DNA from: Klebsormidium nitens
Taxonomy: Eukaryota > Plantae > Klebsormidiophyceae
Reading direction: 5' to 3'
DNA: 64,000 bases
NCBI GenBank assembly: GCA_000708835.1
Contig: DF236950.1
Location: forward strand, 349,355-413,354
Shown here: in pieces, positions 63,836 through 64,000 of the stretch
Numbering within the stretch: the stretch's first letter is position 1
Layout: every line of letters starts with the position of its first letter
The notes under the pieces: model-generated
The model's database searches: none
The model's input: the letters and a program-made list of their open reading frames with translations, nothing else
Told to the model about the DNA's origin: nothing
Made by a program: the position numbers and the translations under genes

Positions 63836-64000
63836 CTGCACGGCGAGGGGGAATTGTCAGTGTGGAACTAAGAGTGGGGGCTCCGGGCCTTGCAAAGCTG
63901 CATCAAGCCCAAGAGGTCTCCGGATTCTTTGATGGAAGTGACGAGGACGAAGGTCTGAAACGGCAAGATCAGGTCCAATGTAAACTCAGAGGTCGAAGGA

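Overview
This is eukaryotic nuclear DNA: intron-rich with GT-AG introns, and no operons, rRNA, tRNA or CRISPR array seen. The gene set (plastid-targeted CtpA and AKRP-like proteins, Tm-1-like, plant-type PEX1 ending KGKRATLA, plant-type mL53) points to a streptophyte green alga, Klebsormidium-like by inference. I assembled exon chains by hand from splice sites and reading frames. In order: last exon of a lipid phosphate phosphatase epsilon-like gene (+); an intronless, probably plastid-targeted 422-aa protein (-); a 17-exon ~2,940-aa coiled-coil protein whose two ends align with animal CENP-F (+); ~5.4 kb of decayed sequence with an inverted-repeat-flanked G-rich core; an AKRP/EMB506-type ankyrin gene (-); a full-length Tm-1-like UPF0261/TIM-barrel fusion (-) head-to-head with a plastid-targeted D-tagatose/L-ribulose 3-epimerase family gene (+); D1 protease CtpA (-) head-to-head with RPS18 (+); a frameshifted BTB gene (+); PEX1 (-) head-to-head with mL53 (+); and the 3' end of a DDX56/DBP9 helicase gene (-). 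The strongest novelty candidates are the CENP-F-like protein and the Tm-1-like/ketose 3-epimerase pair. Family assignments come from motif recognition and remembered sequences, not database searches.
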